The notes under the pieces were generated by a model. That model did no database searches. It had not been told where the DNA came from and worked only from the letters and a program-made list of their open reading frames with translations. From NCBI GenBank assembly GCA_050084985.1, contig JBITNC010000001.1, forward strand, positions 141,794,001 through 141,858,000: a stretch of 64,000 nucleotides of DNA. The letters run 5' to 3'. Made by a program: the position numbers and the translations under genes. The stretch comes from Nageia nagi. Lineage: Eukaryota > Plantae > Pinophyta. Shown piece after piece: positions 42,731 through 55,100 of the stretch. Within the stretch, counting starts at the first letter, position 1. Each line of letters starts with the position of its first letter.

Positions 42731-43213
42731 CTACAATTCCTTGAGCAGCAAATGTGCGTCCTCGCCGTCACCAAAATAGCTGGGCGTTCGCACAAAAAAT
42801 CTGTAGTCCATCTTATCGAAGAGAATGACGGCTGCCCTGTTGATGGCACTGACGCGAACAGCAGCATGCCCCACTCCAAATACGTAAAATATGCCGTTGT
42901 GAGCTGCATCCACGAGCTTTGTTGCGATGCCCATCTTTCTGCGCATAAATGCCAGAGAATTAATCTTCCCAAAACTATAATCTGTAAAGTTCAGGTCCAT
43001 ATTCTCCTTCCTCTTCCTTTCTGGGTTCTTTATTAGCCCAAGCAAATAACCCACAATTTTGTTGCCGTGATCCTCGGCCACGTATGCAAGCTGAGGCCAT
43101 GAAAGGTGGTGTTGCGCAAAAAGTGTTTGGCTGTAAGTCTCGCCCAGGCATATCCAAGAGCATGTCTCGATTCCAGGTAAATCCGCTGAGGTTGCCTGTC
43201 GAATGCAAACCAT
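42731..43213 (-). CDS. NAA10-like: Divergent NAA10/ARD1-like GNAT N-acetyltransferase, intronless, paralog A (160 aa; possibly decaying)
   Basis: The first ATG at 43213 gives MVCIRQAT...WPQLAYVAED...KIVGY...SLA...RKMGIATKL...NRAA...DGEDA, collinear with plant NAA10 (MVCIRRAT...WPQLLYVAED...YYADGEDA). CpG-rich relative to its flanks. The ORF track start at 43222 is a TTG. Confidence 0.88.
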   Translation of the reverse strand: MVCIRQATSADLPGIETCSWICLGETYSQTLFAQHHLSWPQLAYVAEDHGNKIVGYLLGLIKNPERKRKENMDLNFTDYSFGKINSLAFMRRKMGIATKLVDAAHNGIFYVFGVGHAAVRVSAINRAAVILFDKMDYRFFVRTPSYFGDGEDAHLLLKEL

Positions 43214-45849
43214 AGTTTGCAATTCTTGTTTTCAATGTTTTAACACAGATTCTTTGTTTTCAGCCCACTGTCGGACACCTTTCCCTCTTCTATCTTTCTC
43301 GACTATTCAAGAGCTCTTTCTACAATAAGATTATGGGTTGAAGTATGACATGCAATATGATTCAATAACGAACGCATTGAATCTAGATGGTCTTTGAATT
43401 TACCGTCGTATGATATTCAGTACCTTTTCAGTTGCTCTTCCATACTATATCATGTTTTGTAGAATTCACATATTTTTTATTTATTTTTAAATTGATGAAA
43501 AGCTTAAATTTATATTATTAAAAAAAAAACATTTATATTTATCATAAAAATAGCTGAATAGATAATCATGATTCAAAATTTACATTTAGGTATAATTTTT
43601 TTTATATATCCTATAAGTTAATATGTTTAAAAGATGTTAAATGTTGATTTCACATTTTTTACTTATAAATTAAAATAAAATATTTATAATTTATTTATGT
43701 ATCAAGGACAACAATAGAATTAAGTGTAGTTTATAGATCATGGTCTAAAGGTCTACTGTTTTAAAAGATATATCATGAGTGTTTAAGAGAGGATTTCATT
43801 CTAAGTTGGTACTTTCAATATGAGGGTTCAATACCTAGTTATCTTCTCCATCCCTCTTTAGTAAAATATTGAGGCTAATATAGAAGAACTTGTAACTATT
43901 GTGTTAACCCTACTCTCCCTTGTTAAGATGGACAATGAAATGAGCCAATAATTAGTTATAAACCCCATGTCTATTTAAAGGATTTTGTGCAGACCTTGTG
44001 AGCTTTAGCTTTGATAAAAACTTTTCCCTTAGGATTAGCTTTACCCTCGAGATAAACTCTCATATGGAGGGAAAATTAGTGTGTTACAAGATAACATACA
44101 CAAGGCATTGACCTAATAATCCATGATGGTTCACAAGTGTGCCACCTCCAATGTGACCTTGGTCACCTAGACTTAGAGCTGCTAAAACACATTAGACTTG
44201 ATTTAAGCATTAGTATTCACTCAAAATATGGATATCAAAATTAACTCTAAGAAAGATGACTACTTTTTTGTACTTCCAAATATCAAGTAAGTTTTCCACT
44301 CAGAAAGCATTGCATAATTGGGTGAATTGGGCTAGCATATTGAGCTAATTACTAAAAAGAATCAATACTAGGAAAAATATTCAAGTTCGAAAGGCCTGAA
44401 AATTCATAGATCTAAGTCCATATAGATTGATATACAAGGAAAAACTAAAGAAAATATTTAATATTTTTTTGTATTCCACATGATGGGCACATGGTTTGGG
44501 GATATCCAAATGAGCTAACACATCTAAAATGGGGATACCTTTATGTAGAATGCACTAAGTTGAAGTAGATTGTTTAAAATATGCATTGCTAAATTTTATT
44601 ATTAGATTGTAATCTCCACTCATCATTGATATTTTGTACCATCAAAAGATATGTTAAGAGATATTCATAACCCTTACTAGGGTTATATCTAAGTAATAAT
44701 ATGTCTTAAAATCATCTCTAATTTTTTACTAGGTTTGGGAAATCATAATCCTAATTTTATCATGCATATGTAAAGGAATAGATTCTATGATTATTTATGG
44801 GGAATAAATATCCTAGTTACTTAATCTAATTTTGGTTTTGTCTTTAGGGCCAAAAAGAAAATGTAGACTTGATCTTCAAAGAAAAATATAAAACCACTTG
44901 AATACCATGATAAAAGAACTTTGAAAATAAATATATGAGACTTTGTCTAGGGGATAAACCTTGTGAGTGGTCATAGAATACCACCATAATAACTAGTCAT
45001 TAACTAATAAACTATTATGGAATCCACTTCAATTCTAAATTAATAATGGTTTGATGTCCTTGTAAGCTTTCTAGATACTATTTTCCATGAAGGTAGTCTA
45101 AATTTGAATTGCTTTCATAAAATTCATAGTGGTCTATAGTCCAACCCCCTCCGACCATGATGCCCATATAGCATGCATAAAGAAACATAATTGTGAAGTT
45201 AAATATCTCATTCTTCATTATCATTCAAGGATCAAATGACCTATTTAGCAAAATGATAAATCCCTTTTTAATGAATATATAATAGAGAAAACATCCAATA
45301 TCATGTGAGAGAAAATAAATTTCCTATATAACATGTTGATAGTCTTTCCCATATTCAAAGTTACCTATAAAATATCTTAAAGAAGTTTTTCACTAATCGT
45401 TCAATATGAGGTTTTGGAGGAACACTAATAAGAAAAATAATAAACATAAATTATTATGAATAACTTAGAGAATCCATGCAATTTTTAATTTAGGGACAAT
45501 GACTTATATACCCATTTCTATAACTTCTTCTCAGCTATAACAACTCAAAATTAGCAAAACTTAGGAGGAAAATTGAAATGTAAAGGTGAATTTAGGAAAA
45601 TTGAACACCTTTCTAAGTCCAATAAATTTTCAATGAAATTTATTAATCCATGAAAATTTATGGAGGAATTATTGATGATAAAAGTGGAGCTTCCACCCTT
45701 AAATTTATGGTCTAATGTTAGACAAAATGTATTTAGGTATTAAAATACTTATGTGGCGCTAGTTTTTTTGCTAGTAATTTGAGAAAGAAATTATCAATAA
45801 AATGATCATTAATAAATTATTGTGTAGTATGGGGAAGTGGTATGCCATC

Positions 45850-46860
45850 AACTCAACCAATAGAAATTGCATATGTAAATTTTGACATATATGACAATGT
45901 TAATAAAAATGAGCTTCTTGGATATACTGACTTAGACTATAGAATTTATTTGGATGATAGAAAATTAACTTCTAAGAATTATGTTTCACTTGGTTGCGGA
46001 GAGATAACATTGAGTTCAAAAAAGTAAATTATTATTATTTATATTCGATGATTATAAAATATGTTTAATTTGCTCCAATATGCTCATAAGCACTTTCATC
46101 GAGAAAGATAATTGAAGAGATTGGTGAAGTTCAAATTAGTCCAACTATAATATTTTGTAATAACATAAGTGCCATCAAGATTGCTAAAATTCTACTCCAT
46201 AATAATAGATTTCAATAAATTAATTTAAAATTTTATTTAATAAAAGATATTTTAGAGAATAATATTGTAAAATTATAGCATTGAAAAAGTAAGCAACAAC
46301 TTGCAAACTTGTTCATCAAAGGCATCAATAAAAAGTAATTTTTGAGATTGAGATATACACTTATTTCACCTCTTGAAATAAAGGGGAAATATATTGGAGA
46401 TTGATGTTGGCCAAGATAGAAAAATAAAAATTTATCTCATGGATTTGAAGAAGATAAAAAAATTCTACAAGCATTAAAGAGTCACCATGATTATTCAAAT
46501 TCTTAAATTATGAAATAAAGTGTTGTAATATCAAGTTCTCTCTTATAAATATAAACTTATTTTTGCATATCGTTAAAAGTTTATGAAGAAACTTTCTTAA
46601 AACTTGAAGGATTGTTTGGAATATAAGAGTAATTTTTTATCATCAATATTTGTACAAATTGTCTTTATATCCCTATATTTTTTCTATACACTCAACTTCT
46701 AGAAGATATAACTTTTATTTTACTACTTAACTATTTTTACTCTATACACTATTAGAAATAATTTTTTGAAGAGATGCAATCATAAATTTTATCAAATTAT
46801 GTGCACTTTATAATCGTATAATCAATATTGTTATCTAATGCTTGTGTTAAAACATTTTTA
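45850..46860 (+). mobile_element. Copia RNase H remnant with PPT and 3' LTR (copy 2)
   Basis: LLGYTDLDYRIYLDDRKLTS...ITLSSKK; PPT aaaggggaaa at about 46380. LTR end approximate. Confidence 0.75.
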
Positions 46861-47362
46861 CAACTATTATAATTATGAAACTCATGTCATTTTTAATTAT
46901 TTATTTCAATTGACCATATAATACATAAATGTGTTACTTTCGAATAAGAGTGATATAAATTTTTTCCATAATTTTAATAATAGATTGATAAGTAACTTAT
47001 TAATATTAATCACCAAATAAATCCTTTCCCATATGTCTCTATTGTTGGTTGAGTTGGTCATGTGTTGATCTTGCTGCAACCTGTGTCCCATGTTCCATTC
47101 CCAATAAGAGACATACATGCTATGTAATAGCCTACTGCAAGATGTCCATCCCTATTAGACGTTAATATAGTTTAATTAAATAAATATTATCAATCTCCAA
47201 TTAATTTGAAAATATCAACAATTTAAGACTCCACTAGAGTCAACAACCTATTTCATTGTTATTTCATCTTAAAAATAAAAATAAAGAATGACTACAAATA
47301 TTATATAATACTAAACCCAGTGGAGGTAGTGGGGGTGATGCATAAGTGAGACCTTAGGACAT

Positions 47363-47366
<4 letters not shown>

Positions 47367-47420
<54 letters not shown>
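47367..47420. repeat. (TA)27 microsatellite
   Basis: Perfect TA run. Confidence 0.95.
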
Positions 47421-47423
<3 letters not shown>

Positions 47424-48011
47424 CTATTTATAACATAATAATTATAATATCTAGCGTACAAGAAACACTCTACACATGAACGAATATATCTATTATCGAG
47501 ATTAAATATTAGTTAAAACTCAGTCGAATAAACTGATAATTGAATTTCCTTTTACATTCAAAAGATATATGAATTGAAGAGTAAAATGCTTCAAAATTGG
47601 CATTGTTAAACATAGAGTTGTTCAGCTGTTTCTGAACGGAGACGCAAACAAGATAATAATATCTTACAAACACGAAATGGGCAAAAATAAAAACTCCTCC
47701 TATTTTTAGGATAAAAGTATTAAAATGCTGAATTCAACTGCACATTATCCAAATCCTTTTTCCTTCTGTCATACCAATTGAATCACCTTCAAAACTGAAA
47801 ATCGGAAGGAAAGATAAACCGCTTCCCACGAAAGATGATTGCATTTGTAAGACACAGATATGCTCAAGTCTTGTAAAGAAACATTCCAGAGGTGATACAA
47901 CAACATAAACCTATTATTTAGTATTTACAACCAAAGCATCAAGAAAAGAAACGGCTCCTGAGTTCTAACAACACCTCCAAATATCAAGACCCCGAAAATA
48001 TGAAATTCCTG

Positions 48012-48524
48012 CTACTCTGTTATCATCTTCCTTGAATACAACATCTTGAGCATGACAACTGCGTCCTCGCCATTACCAAAGAAGCCGGGCCTTCTCAGAA
48101 AAACTACGTACTCCATCTTATGAAAAAGAATCAGGGCTGCCCTGTTGATGGTACTGATGCTGACACCAGCAGACCCAACTCCAAAGACGTAAAACATGGC
48201 GTTGTGAGCTGCCTTCACGAGCTTTGTTGCGATGCCAATTTTTCTGTAAGGGCGCATAACCGCCAGAGAAGTGATCTTCCCAAAACAATTATCTGGAATT
48301 GTCCACTCCATAAACTCGTTCCTGTTCTTCACTGGGTCCATTATTTTGCCTACCAAGTAACCCACAATTTTGTTGTTATGATCCTCAGCCAGAAATGCAA
48401 GCTGAGGCCACAAAACAATGTGTTGAGCATAAAATGTTGGGCTGTAATTATGGCTGAGGCACATACAAGAGCATGTCTCGATTCCAGGCAAATCGGATGG
48501 CGTTGCTTGTCGAATGCAAACCAT
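48012..48524 (-). CDS. NAA10-like: Divergent NAA10/ARD1-like GNAT N-acetyltransferase, intronless, paralog B (170 aa)
   Basis: MVCIRQAT...MCLSHNY...WPQLAFLAEDHNNKIVGY...ITSLAVMRPYRKIGIATKL...NRAAL...GEDA. Intact RxxGxA acetyl-CoA motif and open frame. Confidence 0.92.
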   Translation of the reverse strand: MVCIRQATPSDLPGIETCSCMCLSHNYSPTFYAQHIVLWPQLAFLAEDHNNKIVGYLVGKIMDPVKNRNEFMEWTIPDNCFGKITSLAVMRPYRKIGIATKLVKAAHNAMFYVFGVGSAGVSISTINRAALILFHKMEYVVFLRRPGFFGNGEDAVVMLKMLYSRKMITE

Positions 48525-48699
48525 AGTTCACGATTCTTGCTGAACGTTTCAACACAGATTCCTGTTATGTGCCCAATGTCGGGCAACTTTCCCTCCTCTT
48601 ACTTTTTTGAATGTTCAGAGCTCTTTTCGATTCTTGGTAGAAGTAAATCCAAGTTATGTCACATACAATTTGGTTCAATAACATTATATTGAATTCATA

Positions 48700-48990
48700 T
48701 ACATTTTATACAGATTTCAGGTCGCGTTGTCGCGAGGTCTGCAGGAACGCAGCTGGAAGGGCGACGAAGATTGGGCTACGCCCTAATGCCCATAATCGCG
48801 CTCAATCCATCAAGAAATATTGATAACAATGCAATGCCAGACAAAATTGATGGGCTTCAATTAGGACAAGGAGATCCGCCGGCAGGATTTATAAAATCTA
48901 GCGAAGGGAAAATCGGGATAAATAAGGCTAGGCGGAGATCGGAACCCCCGAAATCTTGGATAAATACCGTTACCAAGCAGGGCTGTAATT
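48700..48990 (-). promoter_or_regulatory. CpG-rich putative promoter island upstream of paralog B
   Basis: Dense CG (gtcgcgttgtcgcg, atcgcgc, ccgccgg). TGGGCT site-II motifs at 48772 and 48851. TATAAAA on the minus strand at 48704-48710. Confidence 0.55.
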
Positions 48991-49274
48991 TCTAATAAAA
49001 GCTTCTGTCAAAAGGAATTTTATTACGGTTAAAAAATAATATCTACATTTTTTTTTTTTTTATTTACTCTTCAATTTTTTTCAAAGTTTAATTATGATCA
49101 AAATTATTTCAACAATGGTTATTATTATTTTTTAAATTATATTTAATATTAATATATTACAACAGTAGTTGAAATGTGGCTGTAAAAATTTTATTAATTC
49201 AAAATTATGTAAAAATTATAAAATCAAATTTGAACACTAACCTCCTAAAAAATTAAATTTTTTACCATTAAATC

Positions 49275-52200
49275 TTTTTTGATGAAAGTTCATTATATTA
49301 AAATAAAAAAATTTACAATAAAATGAGTTTACGATAGAAAAAGTAAAACAACTCAAAGATTACTATCATGAGGAAAGCTCGTAGAGGTCATATCAGCAGA
49401 GACCATGTGATTCCATTCATTATATGGCAGATGATGAAGGTCCCAACCATCATTAGCCTAAGGCAAGCTAACTTCTTTATCACCCCATCCTGTAGCATGT
49501 TTTAGAGATGGAGGTTGAGACCACCCTTGCTAAACGGATGGTGTTGAGGATGGTAATGCATTCCAACCTAGAGTATAAGCATGTGGAGGTTGCATGTCCC
49601 ACCCCATAGGATCTCAGGAGGATCTAGCCCTAGAATTGTGATAACACTTCCGAGGAGCAGAAGATTGGACCCAAGTCTGAACATCACGTTATGACCATGA
49701 ACGCGATGAGGGATGCTAATGTAAGCAAGAGTGCAAGTGATGATGAGAGGTTGGACTTGGAGGCAATTTTCTAATAGCACATGAAGCATTACCCCAATAC
49801 TCCAGTACAATGCAGATATGGGAAAGTTTGAGCTCCACCTTTTAAGCTTGGTCAATAATCTACACCCATGTGTCAAAACAACCTTGATCTTATCAGTTAG
49901 AGCAAACTTGATTGTAGAAACAACTTCTTGAAAAACTACTTTGTTTCCAGATTTTAAAATATGAAATAAAAGAGTGAAACAAAACATTTGCCACACAATT
50001 CTCAAAGGAAGGGTGAGGGTAAAAGAATCCTCGAGCAAGGCATGTTGCCATGAAAATAGTAGAGGTATGTAAGAAGCAAAAAAGGAAGCTACCCACTTTC
50101 AGAAAATGACTACTCTTGGACAAGACCAAAACATGTGCATAGTGGACTTAGGTTCATTATTAAAACACACCTAGGGTCTAGAACTCTAAGATACTTAAGG
50201 AGATAACCTAAGGGAAAACTCTAATTGAGAAAAATCCAAACAAAAAAAGATTTTCTTTGCTCATGGCATGAAGCCCATATAGCTCTGAAGCTTTGCTTCC
50301 ACAAGGTATGTTGGGAAACCAAGTTCTATTTCTTATTAAGCTATGACACTATGGATAGCATTGGCGTAAGCTAGTTGTAGTACAAGGATTCTTTGTAATT
50401 AAGTAAGGGGTATCAAAATACCATCCCCAATATTTCCACCAAGGTTTATGAGAGTTGACACCAATCTTGTGCAAATCCAAAAAAGGTGTTAGCTCAATAA
50501 TAATATCATAGGTGGCTCAATCTAAGGCATTCATGTGAAAAGAATACCAAAAAATGGTCCAAATCTAACTCTTGGAGTGCTTGTTAAAAATATATGTAAG
50601 AGTAACAATGCCTCATTTGAAAAACTTATAGGCATGCACCCATTGAATATGGAAAAGAGGGGTACCATTAAGCTGAAAAAATGAGGACCACCAAATATTC
50701 AATTGATTCATAAAGAGCCCTTTATGAAATTTAGAACCCTTCCATTTAATCTAAGGCACCATTTGTTACCAAGCCTTCCAAATGCTTCAAATAACAAAGA
50801 AGCATGGAATTTTGATAAATATCAAGGCCATAATCAAAGAAGGAAAATCTAAACCCTTCTATGTTATTCTTTTAAGAGGCATGCCCATAGATATAGCATT
50901 TTTTATGAGAACTATCCCAGCTTCAAGTCCTCTCAAAGCTCTGCAATCCACTTAGCATAGAGAGCCATGTATTGGCTCTTACAATCAAAAATACCCATGC
51001 CCCCAGATTCTCGAGGAAGGTAATAAGTTAACCAAACCACTTTGTGGAACCCATTCTTATCTACTTTCTTATTCCAAAAAAAATCTTGAAGAAGCTTTTT
51101 TAATTTATTATAGCAAGAATATGAAGGCACCCAATAGGATGAATAATATGCATGGGTGGATGCAAGAACCTTGGAGAAAATTTCAAATTTTCATGCTAAT
51201 GAGAGCTTTTTGGAGTTCCAATAGTCTAGTTTTTTTTTTAACTTTATCAATCACATAGTTTCATAGCTAGGTCGTGACCCCTAAAACACAAAGGGGATGC
51301 CTAAAAACTTAAAAACCTTCCCAAGTTGAATCCAATTCCACTGATAATTAGCTAACCAAGCTGGAATGTCTAAAGAGGATTTCTTGTGGCAGAAGGTTTT
51401 TTCCCATTGAATGCTAGAGCCAGAAGCCTGATAGAACATGTCTAAGCATTCTAATATATTAGACATGGAATATTCATCCTCATGGATGGTTAAGAAAGAA
51501 TCATTTGTAAAGTGTCTATTGACAAGCTGATCTTGATTCCCAAGAATCATGATCCCATAGATTTTTTTTCATTGGAATGATTGGCAAGTAGATATTCAAA
51601 AGCTTCTACAGCTAGCACATAAAGAGACAGGGCTAATGGGAAGCCCTATTGAATAGATTGATGAAGCCCTATTGCATCAATCTCTATATTCTTCTAAGAA
51701 AAAATAGTAAAAGCATCATTAAATAGCATATTCATAGTGGTCACAAATCTAAGGCCAAACCTTAAAGCTTTCAACATGGAAAGAATGAAGATCCATTTGA
51801 TCCTATCATAAGCTTTTTCAAAATCAAGCTTCACAAAGAGAGCACATTGTTTTGTTTATTGAGCCCACTCTATTCCTTCCCAAACAAATATAACATTATC
51901 CAAAATGTAGCGATTATGAATTAATCTAGATTTCTCAAGATAAACAATGATCAAAAGGATAGGTTTAAGATATAATGCAAGGGCCTTTAATATGATTTTA
52001 TAACTGACATTCAAAAGAGTAATCGACCTCCAATTTGTGATGAGATCTAGGTCACCTTGCTTTGGGATGAACTTAATATTCCTTTTGTTGATGAGGGCCC
52101 TAAGAGAGCAAACTTGAACTATCTCAAGGTAAAATTTATGAAGGTTGAATTCAAGGAAATCCCAACAAGCTTTATAGAATTCATAAGGAAAGTTGTCAAG

Positions 52201-54000
52201 TCTTAGAGCTTTTTCATCAATGATTTGCATAAGAGGCTCCTCTAATTCCTTAATAGTTAAGAGCTTCTCACACTCATCTCGATATAAAGGAGAGAGTGGA
52301 AAAAGAATTACATCTTTACACATTTTTTAGAGCTAGAGATTACTCCAAAGTGTAAGGCTGAGCCGCAAACACTTGAGTGTAATGAAGGCTAAAGAAATTA
52401 GCAATTCTAGAAGAGAGGTTAACCGAATTCCTTCATCATATAGAGCTATAAATTAAGTGGCTTTTTTTGGAGGATGGACTCTTTGAAAAAATTCCATAAA
52501 AACCTTATCCCTAATTTGAAGTTAGTGTAGCCTAGCCTTAATTAAGGCCTTGTCTTCATAAATTTCAACTAGTTTAAGCTCATATCTAATCTTAGCATCT
52601 TGCACTTGCCAGTGTGTACAGAATGGGTTGGTTTCCAAATAGATAGAGGCTTGAGCTAGCTCACCATGAAGAGTCATGAAAGATTTGTGTTTGAACTAAG
52701 AAGCTTTCTTTCCCAAATTGCATAAAATAATAGAAATGCAAAAGATGGTGTATTCCACCAATCTATCCATCCAAAATCTCTAGAAGGTCACAGGACTAAT
52801 TTCCATGCTCTATGGATGTGACAAAGTATGATATCACTCTGCAGGAAAGAAGTATTCAAGAAGATTTGATATTTGGAAGCCTCTATGGTAATGAGGTAAT
52901 TTGAATTCTAAAAGTAATGGGGGCATGATTAGAGGAGGTGAATCCCATAATAGTTTCCATGAATGAGGTCAAGGGAACCTATTGGGAAAAGGAGAATTCT
53001 TGGTGGTTGGACAGCATAGCACGATCAAGCCATTTGATAATGCATGCATGGCCAACTTGAAAATTGGACCATGTATTCCAAATATAATAAGGAAAAAGAT
53101 CCACATTAAAGTTGTCATTAGGGTCTTCCAACCCTAACTTGTACTTCATAAAGAACCATGTCTCATTCTGCACAAGGACCCATTTATTAGGAGTGGAGCT
53201 AATCTTGTTAGATGCCTTTTCCACCATATTAAAATTTCCACACATAAATCAAACTATAGGTATAAGTGACAATGCACACCACCACCATAATGCACACCTT
53301 TCTAGGGCACTATTCAAGGCATAAACATTAATGATACTAAAATATATGCCCTCCACTTCAAGAAATACCCACATCGCTTAATTGTTAGGATCAGTACCCA
53401 TGATATGAATTTATTTTTCCACTTTTGCCTAACAGAATGATGGTGCCACCACTCTCATGTGAGTGATTTTTGGCATACATTTGGCATCTCGATCAAATGG
53501 AAGAACATGCTGATTGCAAAGTAAACTCATTTGCTAACTTCTTGTAGACACACAAAATTAGGGTAGCCATACATCTAAAAACATGAAAATAACTCTTCTT
53601 AGACTATGTAATGTTGGACTAGATCCGTCAATCCTTGAACATTCTATGAAATGTAATTCATTCAAGAATGTCTAGGAGCATACCTCCATGAGCATCCACA
53701 TCTAATTTCAAATTAGAAAGAGATTGAAAAGAATTGTTAAAAGAATTTCTTTCCCTTTATTTGGAGGATCGGTATGACATCATTTATCCATGTGATGCAC
53801 TAAATTTTCTCGAGGTAGGCTATGGGAATTCCATCCTATCATTCAAGAGTGAGCCCCCTCTACTTGATCTAATTATTGAATAATGATGGAGACTAAAGGA
53901 ATATCATCCTCATCTAAAAAATCCCTAGACTCCTTAATACTCTGAGGAGTGGGAGGAGGAGGAGTTTTAATTTCCAACCTTAGTTTGAAAGCTACTGCCT
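49275..54000 (-). mobile_element. Decayed L1-type LINE (ORF2 endonuclease + RT, 3' UTR, short A-tail)
   Basis: ORF2 starts MNYIS*NVQGL at 53661. Endonuclease CGNFNMVE, WLDRAM; RT ITNWRSITLLNVSYKI, RYILDN, KLDFEKAYDR, GFPLAL, HFTND, FKFLGIP, GGMGI. 3' end tcatcaaaaaa at about 49285-49275. Confidence 0.9.
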
Positions 54001-54049
54001 GAGCATAGCTTACTGATGACTACCTAGAATTAACTAGTTTAGTACCTTT

Positions 54050-55100
54050 TCCCTTACACAAGAAGAAATTATTGGAAAGATTGTCTTTTCAAAGCTTTCT
54101 TGTAAATGGTAGAGTGTAAATGAATTTTTTTCTAAGCCTCCTTTGTAGTCTTATCATTTTGTGGGATGATGCTCTAATCTTGTGGCTCAATATAACCTTC
54201 CTTTATGACATCCCACAAGCCTTTTCCTATGACCAAGGTCTTCATTTTAATGGATGAATACTCACAATCTAATTCATTTAACTTAGCTATGGGAAGATTG
54301 TTATTATTGGTAACCATTTTTATAATGCTTAATACAATAAGACTTCTCTACACATCTTTGGTTTTCACAATTACAAAAAGTTTTTTGTAGCACTAAAAAC
54401 TTCCTCAAACCCCAATGGTTTCAATATTATAATAATAATAAAAAACTATTTTTATAAAATGTAATAAATAGCATAACAAAATTGCAAAAAACTCCATAAT
54501 TTTTACTGAATAGACATTCTTTGGGATAGTCATAAAACATAGGGCTTAAACTTATCCAAATGAGTTGAAATTTGGATAGGATGTTGTACACATCCATACC
54601 TATAAATGGTCCACATTTTACATAAAAAAGAAAATTAGATCAAAATATATACACTTCACATGTTGAATAAGTTTTTTAGGCTTGCACATACATTTTTTAA
54701 GAACTATAAAAAACACAAACTATAGTTTAAAAATGCTCTCAAGCCTTTTTTACCCAAGCTTATGATCGTCCTTGAGCTCTGATACCAAATGAGATTGATC
54801 TACATCAAAGAAGAAAATTACATCAATATATATAGGCTATGAAGATACCTAAAAATAGAAAGTAGTTGAGAAATATCCTCAACCAATTCAGCTAAAACTT
54901 AAGAAAGTAACTAATTCCCCCAATTATAAGAAACACCCTAACAAACTAAATTATTATTCAAACATGACTAATTTTAAGCTAATACAAGATATTCTAAAAT
55001 ATGTAAAATATTTAAATCTTAAAACTATAGACCTTAGGGAAAATATCCAACATCATTTTTTTCATCAATTGCTTATCATTGCAAAAAGCTTAGGTAATTT
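54050..55100 (-). mobile_element. 5' fragment of a Copia element (LTR part, PBS-Met, gag N-terminus)
   Basis: gctctgatacca at 54776-54787 (perfect PBS on the minus strand); GLWDVIKEGYIEPQD at about 54221-54177. Limits approximate. Confidence 0.72.

Larger units (their letters stand above)
29333..46457 (+). repeat. Segmental duplication copy 2 (blocks A-C-D-E; block B deleted)
   Basis: Same matches as copy 1. The junction at 29516/29517 joins the equivalents of 12359 and 17119. Confidence 0.95.

Noticed and set aside
43720-44180. tRNA or tRNA-derived SINE (ggttcaatacc B-box-like at about 43825)
   Set aside because: Box spacing is wrong, and I cannot support a cloverleaf, TSD or tail.
48541-48603. 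5' UTR intron in paralog B (gtaaga...ttcag on the minus strand)
   Set aside because: Only 63 nt, no pyrimidine tract, and the splice sites are not conserved in paralog A.
48120-48692. 190-aa plus-strand ORF (and ORFs 42722-43036, 42706-42972)
   Set aside because: Antisense or alternate-frame shadows of the NAA10-like CDSs, with no recognisable motifs.
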